Source: an uncultured Verrucomicrobiae bacterium (GTDB lineage Bacteria > Verrucomicrobiota > Verrucomicrobiia > Limisphaerales > JAFGQR01). From it: 64,000 nt of DNA. The notes beneath the pieces are model-generated. The model did no database searches. It saw only the letters and a program-made list of their open reading frames with translations, and had not been told where the DNA came from. The stretch covers positions 177,044-241,043 of the forward strand of contig CAWBHS010000087.1 in the NCBI GenBank assembly GCA_963788655.1. Direction: 5' to 3'. This document shows, in pieces, positions 32,114 through 43,101 of the stretch. A program made the translations under genes and the position numbers. Each line of letters opens with the position of its first letter. Positions within the stretch are counted from its first letter, which is position 1.

Positions 32114-33103
32114 ATGAAACGCGTAACACAATTGTCCTGGTTCGTGAGTCTGAGTGGTTTGGTTTTGGCAACAATTCTGCCGGCACCGTGTGCCCCGCTG
32201 ACGGCGGGGAAGCCGATCGTGCTGGAAAATACCCAAGGCGGCTTCGATTTTATCGAGGTGGATGCCGCCAAACACCGGTTGTTGTTGGCGCACACTGGCA
32301 ACAAGACCTTGGATGTATTCGATCTGAATTCGCACAAGCTGCTGAAGAGTGTCCCCACCGGGGCCGCCCAGGATTGTGCCGCCGACACCACGCGTGGCTG
32401 CTATTATGTCTCCGTCAGCAGCCCTCCCCAAATGGCCATCGTGGATGCTGTCACTTTGAAAATGACCGGCGCGGTGCCGTTGCCCGCGGACGCGGATTTG
32501 ATGAATTTCAATCCGGCGAATGGCCTGGCCTACGTCTGCAACGACACGGCCCCGGAATTGTGGGTCATTGATCCGGTGGCAAAGAAGATCACCACCACGC
32601 TCACCCTGAAAGGCAAGGGCATGGAAGGTCTTGTGTTCGACCCGAAATACCAACGCCTTTTCCAAGCCATAAAGACCGGTGATCTGCTGGCCGTCATCGA
32701 TCTTTCCAATCACCAGGTGCTCGCGACCTGGAGCACGGCCCCGGCGAGCAATCCGCACGGGATCGCGTTGGTGCCGGAGGCGGACACCATCTTGGTCGCG
32801 GGCGCCAATGGCAAGCTCGTCATGTTGAATCGCTCGACCGGTAAGCTGGTGGCGAGCGCGGACATTGCCGCGCGGGTGGACGAAATGGCCTATGATTCCC
32901 AATCCCACCAAGCGTATTGTGCCAGCAGCCAGGGCAAGATCTCCGTGGTGGAGGTTGGGACTAAAAAGTTGACGACGCTCGGAGATGTGCCCACTGCCGT
33001 ACCGGTCAAGAGTATTGTCGTGGATCCCGCGACCCACACGGTTTGGGTTGCGTATCGCCAAGGTGAGCAAAGTTTCGTGCAGCCATTTACGGTGCCCCAA
33101 TGA
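32114..33103 (+). CDS. YncE/YVTN-like beta-propeller secreted protein
   Basis: Signal peptide; GFDFIEVD, ~40-aa blades (LWVIDP, LAVIDL, PHGIAL). Confidence 0.85.
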   Translation: MKRVTQLSWFVSLSGLVLATILPAPCAPLTAGKPIVLENTQGGFDFIEVDAAKHRLLLAHTGNKTLDVFDLNSHKLLKSVPTGAAQDCAADTTRGCYYVSVSSPPQMAIVDAVTLKMTGAVPLPADADLMNFNPANGLAYVCNDTAPELWVIDPVAKKITTTLTLKGKGMEGLVFDPKYQRLFQAIKTGDLLAVIDLSNHQVLATWSTAPASNPHGIALVPEADTILVAGANGKLVMLNRSTGKLVASADIAARVDEMAYDSQSHQAYCASSQGKISVVEVGTKKLTTLGDVPTAVPVKSIVVDPATHTVWVAYRQGEQSFVQPFTVPQ

Positions 33104-33181
33104 TCCCCGGTCGCCGGTCGGTTGCGACGTCCACCATTTCATCTGGCAACGTCGTGGTCAAAGCTGCTAAGTCTTTTGGCC

Positions 33182-35350
33182 ATGACGCAGATTTACCGTT
33201 ACCTCGTTCTTGCCATGGCTCTGGTCGCAACGAGGGTATTGGCGGCTTCCGAGTCGCCGGCGGCCAATAATTCGAAGCCGAATATTCTCATCATCCTGGC
33301 CGATGACCTCGGCTGGAGCGACCTGGGTTGCTACGGCAGCGAAATCAAGACTCCGAACCTCGACCAACTCGCCGCCGACGGGCTGCGCTTCACGCAATTC
33401 TACAATTCCGCCCGCTGTTGCCCGTCGCGCGCGTCACTGTTGACCGGGCTTTATCCGCACCAGGCCGGCGTCGGCTCCATGACGGCAGACGAAGGACCGC
33501 AGAACCCGGGCTATCGCGGACGCCTGAACCATCGTTGCGTCACGATTGGCGAAGTGCTCCGCGGGGCTGGTTACGGCACTTACGCCTGCGGCAAATGGCA
33601 CGTCGGCGACTTCGATCCCACCACGCGCGGCTTCGATGAATTCTACGGCTTCTTCCAAGGCTACGCGGTGGACTCGTGGAATCCGCGCATGCTGATTCGC
33701 CTGCCGGCTGGACGGCCCCAGCCGCATTACGAACCGGGCAAGTTCTACGCCACCGACGCCATCACTGAGCAGGCACTCGGTTTCCTGGCGGACGCCCGCA
33801 AGACGCCCGACCGGCCCTGGTTTGTTTATCTGGCCTATCAGGCGCCGCATTTCCCCGTACAAGCTCCGGCCGAGGAAGTGGTGAAATACGCAAAAGTGTA
33901 TCAACAGGGCTGGGATAAAATCCGCGAGCAACGTCTCACGCGAATGAAACAACTTGGGCTCGTTCCCGCTGACACCCCGTTGACGCCACGCAGTCCCATT
34001 CCGCTGCCAAGTGCGGCGCGTCGGCACGGCTTGCAAACCGACACGGATACCAATCCTCCCTGGAACTCACTCGATCCCGACCGACAACGCGATCTCGCGC
34101 AACGCATGGCCATCTTCGCGGCAATGGTGGAACATACGGATCGGGACATCGGCCGGATCCTGGCTGATTTACGCGCGCACGGTGAGACGGACAACACGCT
34201 GATTATGTTCCTCAGTGACAACGGCGCGTGCGCGGAGTGGGACCCATTCGGTTTCGATCTGACGCTGCCCGCCCCCGACACGTTCGCGCCCGGCACGGGC
34301 ATCAACATGGGCACGCCCCGCGCGCCGAACGTGCTTCATCGCGGTGCGGACCTCGCCCGCATGGGCGGTCCGGGCAGTTACCTCAGCTACGGTTCCGCGT
34401 GGGCCAACGCTTGCAACACACCCTGGCGACTTTACAAACATTACGATCACGAAGGTGGCATCAGCGCACCCATGATCGTTCACTGGCCAGCGCATATACA
34501 GTCCAAAGGCGAACTGCGCCAACAGCCCGGCCATGTAATCGACATAATGGCGACTTGCGTGGATGTGGCGGGAGCGAAGTATCCCGCCGAGCGGAACGGC
34601 AGCGCCATCCAGCCGATGGAAGGTCGCAGCCTGGTGCCGGCGTTTGCAAACCAGCCGCTCCCGCGCGATTACCTGGCCTTTGAACACGAAGGCAACCGCG
34701 CCATCCGCATGGGCAAGTGGAAGTTGGTCGCCCTCCACGGCCAGCCGTGGGAACTGTACAACGTCGAACAGGACCGAACGGAGTTGCACGATTTGGCCCA
34801 ACAACAGCCGGAGCGCGTGGCCCGCATGGCCAAGGCCTGGGATGAATGGGCCGATCGCTGTTATGTGCGGCATTCAGACCAACGAGCCAGCGGACCACAA
34901 CCAGTCCCATCGGTGCGCGCCAGCGACGGAACCGTCATACCTACGCCGCAGATCGCTGGCAAGGCGCTAACTATTTCCTGCGAAGTCGAACCGGAATCGC
35001 CCGACGGCGTCCTTTTGGCGCAGGGCGGCAATCAACAAGGTTATTCGCTCTGGCTGCGCAATGGGCGCCTCGTGTTTAGCGTGCGCGTTAATAGAGAGGT
35101 TGCCTCCATTACGGCTTCGGAGACGCCAGCGGGCCGCTTCGCGATAACCGCTAAATTAAACCGCGATGCCTCAATGCAATTGGCCATCAATGGCCAAACC
35201 GTGGCCGAGGGACGCGCCCCCGGTTTGATCCCGGCTCAACCTATCGATGAACTGAGCATCGGGGAAGACTCCCGAACGGCGGTGGGCGATTACGATTCGC
35301 CGCACCCGTTGCGGGGCAAAATCATCAAAGTGCAGGTGAAGACGGAATGA
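33182..35350 (+). CDS. arylsulfatase (S1, Cys-type) with C-terminal LamG-like domain
   Basis: PNILIILADDLG, CCPSRASLLTG, GKWH, SDNG, HEGGI. Confidence 0.92.
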   Translation: MTQIYRYLVLAMALVATRVLAASESPAANNSKPNILIILADDLGWSDLGCYGSEIKTPNLDQLAADGLRFTQFYNSARCCPSRASLLTGLYPHQAGVGSMTADEGPQNPGYRGRLNHRCVTIGEVLRGAGYGTYACGKWHVGDFDPTTRGFDEFYGFFQGYAVDSWNPRMLIRLPAGRPQPHYEPGKFYATDAITEQALGFLADARKTPDRPWFVYLAYQAPHFPVQAPAEEVVKYAKVYQQGWDKIREQRLTRMKQLGLVPADTPLTPRSPIPLPSAARRHGLQTDTDTNPPWNSLDPDRQRDLAQRMAIFAAMVEHTDRDIGRILADLRAHGETDNTLIMFLSDNGACAEWDPFGFDLTLPAPDTFAPGTGINMGTPRAPNVLHRGADLARMGGPGSYLSYGSAWANACNTPWRLYKHYDHEGGISAPMIVHWPAHIQSKGELRQQPGHVIDIMATCVDVAGAKYPAERNGSAIQPMEGRSLVPAFANQPLPRDYLAFEHEGNRAIRMGKWKLVALHGQPWELYNVEQDRTELHDLAQQQPERVARMAKAWDEWADRCYVRHSDQRASGPQPVPSVRASDGTVIPTPQIAGKALTISCEVEPESPDGVLLAQGGNQQGYSLWLRNGRLVFSVRVNREVASITASETPAGRFAITAKLNRDASMQLAINGQTVAEGRAPGLIPAQPIDELSIGEDSRTAVGDYDSPHPLRGKIIKVQVKTE

Positions 35351-35365
35351 CTGAGCAATTCCTTT

Positions 35366-35560
35366 CCCTCTCACTCCGGCCCTCTCCTTTGGGGAGAGGG
35401 GGAATTGCCGGCCGCGTCGTAGGCAATCGGAACCTGCTTGGAGGTTGTGCGCATTTTGTTCCGGATGGCCAAACGGAGTCATCTGCCAATTTCACACTCA
35501 AACCTTCAAGTGCCGCCGCCGGCTGTTCCCTCTCCCGCGGGAGAGGGTCAGGGTGAGGGG
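35366..35560. repeat. inverted pair of CCCTCTCC..GGAGAGGG palindromic repeats
   Basis: CTCACTCCGGCCCTCTCCTTTGGGGAGAGGG versus CCCTCTCCCGCGGGAGAGGGTCAGGGTGAG. Confidence 0.75.
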
Positions 35561-35581
35561 CAATTGCAACGCAAACCTCCC

Positions 35582-37000
35582 ATGAACAAACTACTCGCTA
35601 TTCTCTTCTCTTGGCTCTCGGTCGCCATCCTGGCCGCCGCCGCCCAACGCCCCAATGTGCTATTCATCGCGGTGGACGATCTGAATCATTGGGTCGGCTA
35701 CACCGGACGGAATCCGCAGACCAAGACGCCGAACATCGACCGGTTGTCGAGGGTGGGCGTCTCGTTCACGCATGCCTACTGCGCGGCGCCGTTGTGCAAT
35801 CCTTCCCGCGCTGCGCTAATGAGCGGACTGCGTCCCGGCACGTCCGGGTGCTACCTGAACCCGGACAATTGGAAACGTTACATCCCGGAGGGGCTCGGTT
35901 TGGCGGCCACGTTCAAGCGCGCCGGATACTACGTGGCGGGCGCGGGTAAGATTTATCATGGCAGCACGTATTACCCCGGTGAGTGGGACGCTTATTTCGA
36001 CGAAAAAGGTTTCGGCTCCGAAGACGACGAGGACGTCAGTGCTCGCCGCCGTCGAGGCCGGGGCATCGAAAAACTCGAGGGCTTCCAACAACCCGTAACC
36101 CACGATCTCCAGGATGCCGACTTGTCCGATTGGCACATTGTCGATTATTGCATCCGGCAGCTTCAGGCGCCGCACGACAAACCGTTCTTCCTCGCGTGCG
36201 GTGTTCACAAGCCACACCTGCCGTGGGTGGTCCCACGCAAGTATTACGAAATGTTCCCGCTGGACCGCATTCAGCTTCCGCCCTACCAGCAAAATGATTT
36301 GAATGATCTTCCGGCGGCGGCGGTGCGTATGGCCCGCCCCAATGGCGATCACAAACAAATCCTGGAATCCGGTCGCTGGAAGACCGCCGTCCAATCCTAC
36401 CTGGCCGCCATCGCTTATACGGACATGAACGTTGGCCGGCTGTTGGATGCGCTGGACAAGAGTCCCTACGCGAAAAATACCATTATCTGTTTTTGGGGCG
36501 ATCACGGCTGGCACTTGGGCGAGAAACATCACTGGCGCAAGTTCACGCTCTGGGAAGAGGCGACGCGCGCGCCGCTGATCTGGGTGGTGCCGGGCGTGAC
36601 CCAACCGGGCACCGTGTGCGCGCGCACCGTCGATTTCATGAGCATCTATCCGACGTTGTGCGAACTGGCCGACATTCCGGTGCCCGCGCACGTTGAGGGC
36701 ACGAGCATCCGTCCGCTGCTGGCCAACCCAGCGAAGTCATGGAACCTGCCGGGCGTGACCACTTACGGTTACCTGAACCACACCGTCCGCACCGAAGCCT
36801 GGCGGTATATCCGCTACCGCGATGGCAGCGAGGAATTCTACGACGAACTACACGATCCCTACGAATGGACCAATCGCGCCGAGAGCGCCGAGTTCGATCC
36901 GCAAAAGAGTGAGCTCGGGCGGTTTATCCCCGCCAAGAACAAACCGCCTACTGCCAATAACCAGAAGGCGGCCAGGAAGAAGAAGAAGGCAGCGAAATAA
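35582..37000 (+). CDS. sulfatase (S1, iduronate-2-sulfatase-like)
   Basis: PNVLFIAVDDL, CNPSRAALMSG, GKIYH, KPHLPW, GDHGWHLGEK..WRK.TLWE. Confidence 0.92.
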   Translation: MNKLLAILFSWLSVAILAAAAQRPNVLFIAVDDLNHWVGYTGRNPQTKTPNIDRLSRVGVSFTHAYCAAPLCNPSRAALMSGLRPGTSGCYLNPDNWKRYIPEGLGLAATFKRAGYYVAGAGKIYHGSTYYPGEWDAYFDEKGFGSEDDEDVSARRRRGRGIEKLEGFQQPVTHDLQDADLSDWHIVDYCIRQLQAPHDKPFFLACGVHKPHLPWVVPRKYYEMFPLDRIQLPPYQQNDLNDLPAAAVRMARPNGDHKQILESGRWKTAVQSYLAAIAYTDMNVGRLLDALDKSPYAKNTIICFWGDHGWHLGEKHHWRKFTLWEEATRAPLIWVVPGVTQPGTVCARTVDFMSIYPTLCELADIPVPAHVEGTSIRPLLANPAKSWNLPGVTTYGYLNHTVRTEAWRYIRYRDGSEEFYDELHDPYEWTNRAESAEFDPQKSELGRFIPAKNKPPTANNQKAARKKKKAAK

Positions 37001-37020
37001 CGCACCGAACGGTCAGGGAC

Positions 37021-37050
37021 CACGAATGCACACGAATGGACACGAATGGA
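37021..37050 (+). repeat. three tandem 10-nt repeats
   Basis: CACGAATGCA CACGAATGGA CACGAATGGA. Confidence 0.8.
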
Positions 37051-37161
37051 TTGGGGGATCGAATGATCGAACTGATTTCGACCTGAAACTTCCTCAAAAG
37101 CCCTCCGGCAATTGTCGCGCCATTCGTCCAGCCAACCCGCAAAGACCTTGGACAGTTCCAC

Positions 37162-37234
37162 TTCACCGCAAAGACACGAAGAGCGCAAAGGTTGTGGGTG
37201 ACCATCTTTGCGCTCTTCGTGTCTTTGCGGTGAA
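37162..37234. repeat. perfect 29-bp inverted repeat, 15-nt loop
   Basis: TTCACCGCAAAGACACGAAGAGCGCAAAG / CTTTGCGCTCTTCGTGTCTTTGCGGTGAA. Confidence 0.9.
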
Positions 37235-37448
37235 TCAGAGCACCCTCCCGCGTCACAACGTTCGAAGTCAACTCGCGCGTCACTTGGGCCACAACCCGCT
37301 GACCTTGGTCCCTTCCTGGCTGCACGACTGGCCTGCACGAATTTCGCACGTCGCACAAATCTTCTTCCGCTTTAGCCCTTCAACCACATTGCTTGCCGCT
37401 TTGCCCGTTGCTGCTCGTCGTCGTTGAATTGAACAGTCACCCGTTTTT

Positions 37449-39561
37449 ATGCACCCCAAAACTCCATCCTCCATCCTCGCACTATTCCTGGCCCTGGCGT
37501 TGCCTGCGGTCATCACGGCGGCTCCACAAGCATCGACTACGGCGCCGCGTCCCAACATTCTGTTCATCCTCACCGATGACCTGGGCTGGGGTGATCTGGG
37601 CGTGCTCTGGCAGAATAGCCGCCAAGCGGCGAACCAGCGCAACGAGCCATGGCACTTGACACCGCACCTCGATGCCTTCGCGGCGCAAGGCGTGCAACTG
37701 CCGCATCATTACTGTCCGGCGCCGGTGTGCGCGCCGTCCCGCGCTTCGCTCATGCTGGGCGTCCACCAGGGACACGCCAATGTGCGCGACAACCAATTCG
37801 ACAAGGCCCTGGAAAATAATCACACCCTCGCCTCGGTGCTGCGCCAGGCCGGTTACGCCACGGCGGCCATCGGCAAATGGGGGCTGCAAGGCAAGCCGGC
37901 GCCTGCCCCGCCGGACTGGCCGGCGCACCCGTTGAACCGCGGATTCGATTACTATTTCGGTTACATCCGCCACGTCGATGGCCATGAACACTATCCCAAG
38001 GAAGGACTCTATCGCGGGGCCAAGGAAGTCTGGGACAATCGAAAGAATGTTTCGCCGGAACTGGATAAGTGTTACACGGCCGATTTGTGGACGGCGCGCG
38101 CCAAGCAGTGGATCATCGACCACGAACGTGCGAATGCCGCGCAACCGTTTTTCATGTACTCTGGCTTACGACACGCCGCACGCCACCATCGAATTGCCCA
38201 CGCAAGCCTATCCCGCCGGCGGCGGGCTCCAGGGCGGTCTTCAATGGCTGGGCACACCCGGTCAGATGATCAACACCGCCAACGGCAAGATCGATTCCTG
38301 GCTGCACCCGAACTACCGCAACGCTACCTACGACGATGACAATAATCCGTCCACACCGGAAGTGTCGTGGCCGAACGTGTACAAACGGTTTGCGACGTGT
38401 GTGCAGCGCCTGGACGATTGCGTGGGTGACATAATGCAATTGCTGAATGACCTGCATCTGGACTCGAATACGCTGGTGGTGTTCACCTCCGACAATGGGG
38501 TCTCCCAGGAATCCTATTTGCCCGAGCGTTTCGAAGCGGATTTCTTCAATAGCTTTGGTCCGTTTGACGGCATCAAGCGCGATTGCTGGGAAGGCGGCGT
38601 CCGCGTGCCCACGCTGGTGCGCTGGCCCGGACATGTGCCCGCGGGTCGGGTGGTGACGCGGGCGAGTGGTTTCTGGGATTGGCTGCCCACGTTCGCGGAC
38701 CTGGCCGGTGTGCCGGCACCGGCGCGGACGGATGGCGTGTCGCTCGTGCCGAAGTTGACCGGCGTGGGGACGCAGCGCGAACGAGGATTTCTTTACGTTG
38801 AATATTTTGTGCAAGGCCGAACGCCACGATACTCCGACTTCGCGCCCAGTCACCGCGGCCGCATTCGCAAGCAAATGCAGTTGATTCGCGAGCGTGACCT
38901 GGTGGGAGTGCGTTACGACATCAAATCGCACCTCGACGATTTCGAGATTTACAACGTCGTGAACGATCCGGAGGAAACGAACAACCTCGCCAAGCAGCCC
39001 GCTTTTGCCGCGCTCCAACAGCAGATGAAAAACAAGGTGCTGCAAGTGCGCCGTCCCAATGCCAGTGCGCCCCGGCCTTACGACAAGGAATTGGTGCCGG
39101 CGGTCAAGGTGGCGTCTGTCCAAAATGGCGTCGCTTGGAATGCGTACGAAGGGGTGTATCCGTGGGTGCCGGACTTGGAAGCGTTACAGCCCACAGCCAG
39201 TGGCGCCGCGGACCAAATCGACCCGCGTGTGCGCCCCCGCGACAACAACATCGGACTTTTGTTTAACGGTTATCTGGAGGTTCCTGCTGACGGCGATTAC
39301 ACGGTCTATTTGCAGACCGATACCGGCGCGTTGCTGCGCATTCACGATGCCACCGTCATTGACGCGGATTTCGGGTACGTCGGCGGCACAGAGGTAAAAG
39401 CCAGCGTCAAGCTCCAAGCCGGCTTGCACCCGTTCCGGCTGTTCTATGCCCGGCAGACTCAGGGCACACCTTCATTGACCCTCTCCTGGAGTGGACCGGG
39501 GTTGTCCAAACAGGAAATACCGGCGGGCGCGTTCCAACGCAATGGTGCGAAGGTCAACTAA
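37449..39561 (+). CDS. sulfatase (S1) with C-terminal PA14-like domain; frameshift ~38160
   Basis: PNILFILTDDLG, CAPSRASLMLG, GKWG; FFMY|LAYDTPH junction; SDNG, KRDCWEGGVRVP; C-terminal GYLEVPADGDY..GLHPFRL. Confidence 0.88.
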
Positions 39562-39600
39562 ACTATTTCGTTCGATGGGTATTCTGATAATCCGACTATC

Positions 39601-41178
39601 ATGATGAAAACACACGTAAAGCCTGTTTCAAAACTTCGGCCACCACGTAGCAGCCGACGTGAGGAGGCTCACATATTATCGGAACACCGGACTCTTTACG
39701 GCAAGCATGAGCCTCCTCACGTCGGCTGCTACGATTTCTCAAACAGGCTCTTAATCCTGCTGACCGCGATCTTGATGGGGATATTGGCTGCTTCGACCAG
39801 CGCGGCAACTGTGCCGGGCACCGACCGTCCCAACGTGCTGTTCATCATGACCGACCAACAGTTTAGCGACGCCATGAGTTGCCGGATGGGCCCGCAATAT
39901 CTCCGCACGCCGGCCATGGACAGCCTGGCAGCCCAGGGCATGGTCTTCACGCGCGCTTACAGTCCGAATCCGCTGTGCATGCCGGCGCGCGCTTCCATCT
40001 TCACCGGACGCTACCCCCACGAAACGGGCGTGACGATAAACGCCAACGTAAAGGTGAACCCGACCGAGTTCGTGTGCATGGGAACCTGGTTTCACCAGGC
40101 CGGCTACGCCACGGCGTATTTCGGCAAATGGCATCTTTGTTATGCGGCCAAAGACGTGAGCGCCCATGGTTTTGAAATCATGAAAAGCAAGGCGGACAAA
40201 TCGTTGGACCGCGACGCGCGAACGGCCAACGACGCCGCCCGGTTCATCGCCGAGAAGCATGCGCAACCGTTTCTGCTGGTGGCCAGTTTTCTGAATCCAC
40301 ACAACATCTGTGAGTATTCGCGGGGACAAAAGCTCCCCTGTGGTCCAATTGGTGAAGCCCCGCCACTGGAGCAATGTCCGCCAGCGCCCGCCAACCTTGC
40401 GCCGCCACTCGGCGAATCTGATTGCCTGACCCTCTTGCGGCGCGCCTGTCATGCGCACCGGCTCTTTCCCGTGGGCGACTTCACCGCCGACCAGTGGCGC
40501 CGCCAGCGCTGGGGCTATTATCGGATGATCGAGGAAGTCGATGCCGAGATCGGCAAGATCCTCGCCGCCCTGCGCGCGGCGCACTTGGAAGACAATACGT
40601 TGATCATCTTCACCAGCGATCATGGTGAATGCGCCGGGGCGCACGGCTTCAATCAGAAAACCGTCTTCTACGAGGAATCAGTTCGGGTGCCGCTCATCGT
40701 CAGTTGGTCTGGCCATACCAGACAAGCCACTTCCGATCACCTGGTGAACACCGGCCTCGACATTCTTCCCACCATGCTCGACTTCACCGGCCTCGCCATC
40801 CCCAAGAAATTAACCGGCCGCAGTCTGCGTCCGCTGGCGTTGGGGCAACCGGTGACTGCCTGGCGGGAATACGTCGTCAGTGAAAATCATCTGGTTCAGA
40901 CTGGCGTGGTGGATGGCTTCCAGCCTACCGCGCAAGGCCGCATGCTGCGGACGGAGCGTTACAAATACTGTATTTACGATAGCGGGATTCAACGCGAATC
41001 GTTGGTGGACCTGCAACAAGACCCCGGTGAAACCCGCAACCTGGCCACCAACCCGGCCTACCGAGACGTGCTGCTTAAACATCGCGCGTTGCTGACGCGC
41101 TTCGCCACCGATCATCACGACCCCCTCGCCGCCGAAATGCTGGCCGACGACGTAGCGCCTCGACCGTTTGCCCGGTAG
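39601..41178 (+). CDS. sulfatase (S1, choline-sulfatase-like) with 44-codon element in its signal peptide
   Basis: PNVLFIMTDQQ, CMPARASIFTG, GKWH, SDHGE, K.VFYEES.RVP. Confidence 0.9.
   Translation: MMKTHVKPVSKLRPPRSSRREEAHILSEHRTLYGKHEPPHVGCYDFSNRLLILLTAILMGILAASTSAATVPGTDRPNVLFIMTDQQFSDAMSCRMGPQYLRTPAMDSLAAQGMVFTRAYSPNPLCMPARASIFTGRYPHETGVTINANVKVNPTEFVCMGTWFHQAGYATAYFGKWHLCYAAKDVSAHGFEIMKSKADKSLDRDARTANDAARFIAEKHAQPFLLVASFLNPHNICEYSRGQKLPCGPIGEAPPLEQCPPAPANLAPPLGESDCLTLLRRACHAHRLFPVGDFTADQWRRQRWGYYRMIEEVDAEIGKILAALRAAHLEDNTLIIFTSDHGECAGAHGFNQKTVFYEESVRVPLIVSWSGHTRQATSDHLVNTGLDILPTMLDFTGLAIPKKLTGRSLRPLALGQPVTAWREYVVSENHLVQTGVVDGFQPTAQGRMLRTERYKYCIYDSGIQRESLVDLQQDPGETRNLATNPAYRDVLLKHRALLTRFATDHHDPLAAEMLADDVAPRPFAR
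39619..39750. mobile_element. 132-nt MITE-like element carrying a REP doublet (copy A)
   Basis: Ends AAGCCTGTTT / AAACAGGCTC; internal perfect 25-bp IR GTAGCAGCCGACGTGAGGAGGCTCA; flanks GTA/TTA. Confidence 0.8.
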
Positions 41179-41197
41179 GACAGGCGTCCCGCCTGTC
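41175..41197 (+). repeat. GTAG-type REP overlapping the sulfatase stop codon
   Basis: GTAG-GACAGGCG-TCC-CGCCTGTC. Confidence 0.75.
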
Positions 41198-41263
41198 TCG
41201 GAACGCCCAAAGCCGTTCGAGTTTTTCAGGCGTCCACCGGCCATTGCCGATCGAACCTCGCGC

Positions 41264-41397
41264 AGCGTTTGGAGTGCGCGGAGCTTGCTCCCGCTTTCGT
41301 TTGGGATTGTGTGTACGTAGAAAACCAGGCGTGGCCAGAAAATGATACGCTGTGTGGCCATCGAAAGCGCCGGCAAGCCGGACGCACTCCAAACGCT
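41264..41397. repeat. GGAG-type REP doublet
   Basis: AGCGTTTGGAGTGCGCGGAGCTTGCTCCCGCTTTCG ... CGAAAGCGCCGGCAAGCCGGACGCACTCCAAACGCT. Confidence 0.8.
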
Positions 41398-41559
41398 GGC
41401 GCGACAGACCAGGCACCAATTGCAAATAACACTACCGCGACACTTTGCGGGATTGAACCACGGATATGCAGGGAGAATGCTGCTTCCATCTGTCTTATCT
41501 GCGTGATTGGCCTTCTTCCGGAAGTGTCGCGGTCGTGTTACACCGTTCCGACGTTCGCT

Positions 41560-41584
41560 CTGCCGGCAGGATGCCGGCAGCACG
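41560..41584 (-). repeat. GTGC-variant REP
   Basis: Minus strand CGTGCTGCCGGCATCCTGCCGGCAG; degenerate relative at ~53003-53024. Confidence 0.55.
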
Positions 41585-41658
41585 GTGGCTCCATTGCCGC
41601 TTTCGATTGCTTGCGCGCTTTCCGGATTATCAGCAGCGCGAGGACCATTGTTGGACGG

Positions 41659-42846
41659 TCACTTGGACGACTGGCTCAAGCGTTGCACCGGTGCCTCGAA
41701 AAGCATGGTATGCGCTTCGTGGAGGATGTCAGGGATCTCTTTTCGGAACGGACTCTGGGCCAGGCAAGCGTTCAAATCCAGCGCCTCCACTTTAGCGGCG
41801 TTCTCGCCGGGGAACCAATGGTCGGCTTGCCCGAGCAGATTGTAACGCATCTTGGCCCAGTCCACCAAGTCCAGCGACTTGGCGTAGGTCCAAAGCCGCA
41901 GGATTTCGGAGACGTTGATTTGCCCGGGGACATCGACGTACTGCGGCAGTCCTTCTGGCCAGCGGGCGCACCAATCGGCGCCTAGCACCCGTTCCATTTC
42001 CGTACGCAACCGTTGCTCAATCGGCGTCATGGTCTCCGTTGCCCGATCGTAAAATTCCAGGGCGCGAATGTGTTCGTCGAAATCACCGGGACGAGCTGCG
42101 CCATGGCTCAACGTATGCACCTCGGTTTGCGCCAGGCAGTAGAGATCATTGAACTGCATCGGGGTGAGTGGCGCGCAAAGGTCCACCAACTTGGGCGGCG
42201 GGGTGTAGAGTTTGCCCCCCTTGTCGTTTGGGCTGATGAGGAAGACGCCCATGTCCAGTTGGCGCGCGGCGACAATGGCTGGCCAGTTCAAGCCGTTGAC
42301 GAAATACCAATGGAGGTTTACGAAATCAAACTCACCGCAGTTGACCGCCTCGAGTATGATGTCCGTGGTGGCATGGGTGGAAAAGCCAACGAAGCGCACG
42401 CGCTTTTCGGCCTGAAGTTTTTGCGCCGCCGCCAGACAGCCGTTCTGCTTGAGCGCATGGTGCAGTAATTCCGCGTTATTGATGCCGTGCAGGGCGAGCA
42501 AATCGACGTGCTCGAGTTGGAGGTTCTTGAGCGATTGATCGAAGATCTGAAGAAATTCATCCACACTTGCTTGGGGGGCCACTTTGGTTTGCACGATGAT
42601 CCGGTCGCGCGGCAGCGCCTGGAGCGCGCGGCCGAGTTGAATCTCGGAAGTGCCGTAGCCGCGTGCGGTTTCGAAGTGCGTCATGCCCAACTCGTAGGCA
42701 CGGCTGACCGTGGCCTGCACGTTGTCTTGATTCTCGCCAGGGATGTCTGCGAACGGGACATCCTCCCACTTGAACTGGTAGCGCATTCCGCCACAGGTAT
42801 AGACCGGCATGGCCAGTTCGGTGCGTCCAAAACGACGGTATTTCAT
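41659..42846 (-). CDS. aldo/keto reductase
   Basis: [40 protein letters not shown]; lacks the C-terminal Fe-S cysteines found in many relatives. Confidence 0.9.
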   Translation of the reverse strand: MKYRRFGRTELAMPVYTCGGMRYQFKWEDVPFADIPGENQDNVQATVSRAYELGMTHFETARGYGTSEIQLGRALQALPRDRIIVQTKVAPQASVDEFLQIFDQSLKNLQLEHVDLLALHGINNAELLHHALKQNGCLAAAQKLQAEKRVRFVGFSTHATTDIILEAVNCGEFDFVNLHWYFVNGLNWPAIVAARQLDMGVFLISPNDKGGKLYTPPPKLVDLCAPLTPMQFNDLYCLAQTEVHTLSHGAARPGDFDEHIRALEFYDRATETMTPIEQRLRTEMERVLGADWCARWPEGLPQYVDVPGQINVSEILRLWTYAKSLDLVDWAKMRYNLLGQADHWFPGENAAKVEALDLNACLAQSPFRKEIPDILHEAHTMLFEAPVQRLSQSSK

Positions 42847-43101
42847 GCGGAGGACGTATGCCATGTTTTGCTGGATAAGGCCAGTCCTTTGCGTTTTTTC
42901 CAGGTTTTACCGAGGGCGAATGAAGACCGCCAGGCCCGCCCGAAAACGAATCGGTGCTGGCCATTGCTTCCACAAACTCAGTCCGGCCCGGGCGACGTTC
43001 AAAGACGGCAGGCATCCTGCACACCACCGAGGCCGTGGTCTGAAACCTGCCAGATCGGAATGGGCCGCTGGCATTTGGTGACCGCGTGTGAACGAAAAGC
43101 T

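Noticed and set aside
42487..43101. Long N-terminal extensions in the ORF track (also 52091-52747, 35438-35581, 63835-63969)
   Set aside because: They run through antisense genes or repeats; better starts with signal peptides or family N-termini lie downstream.
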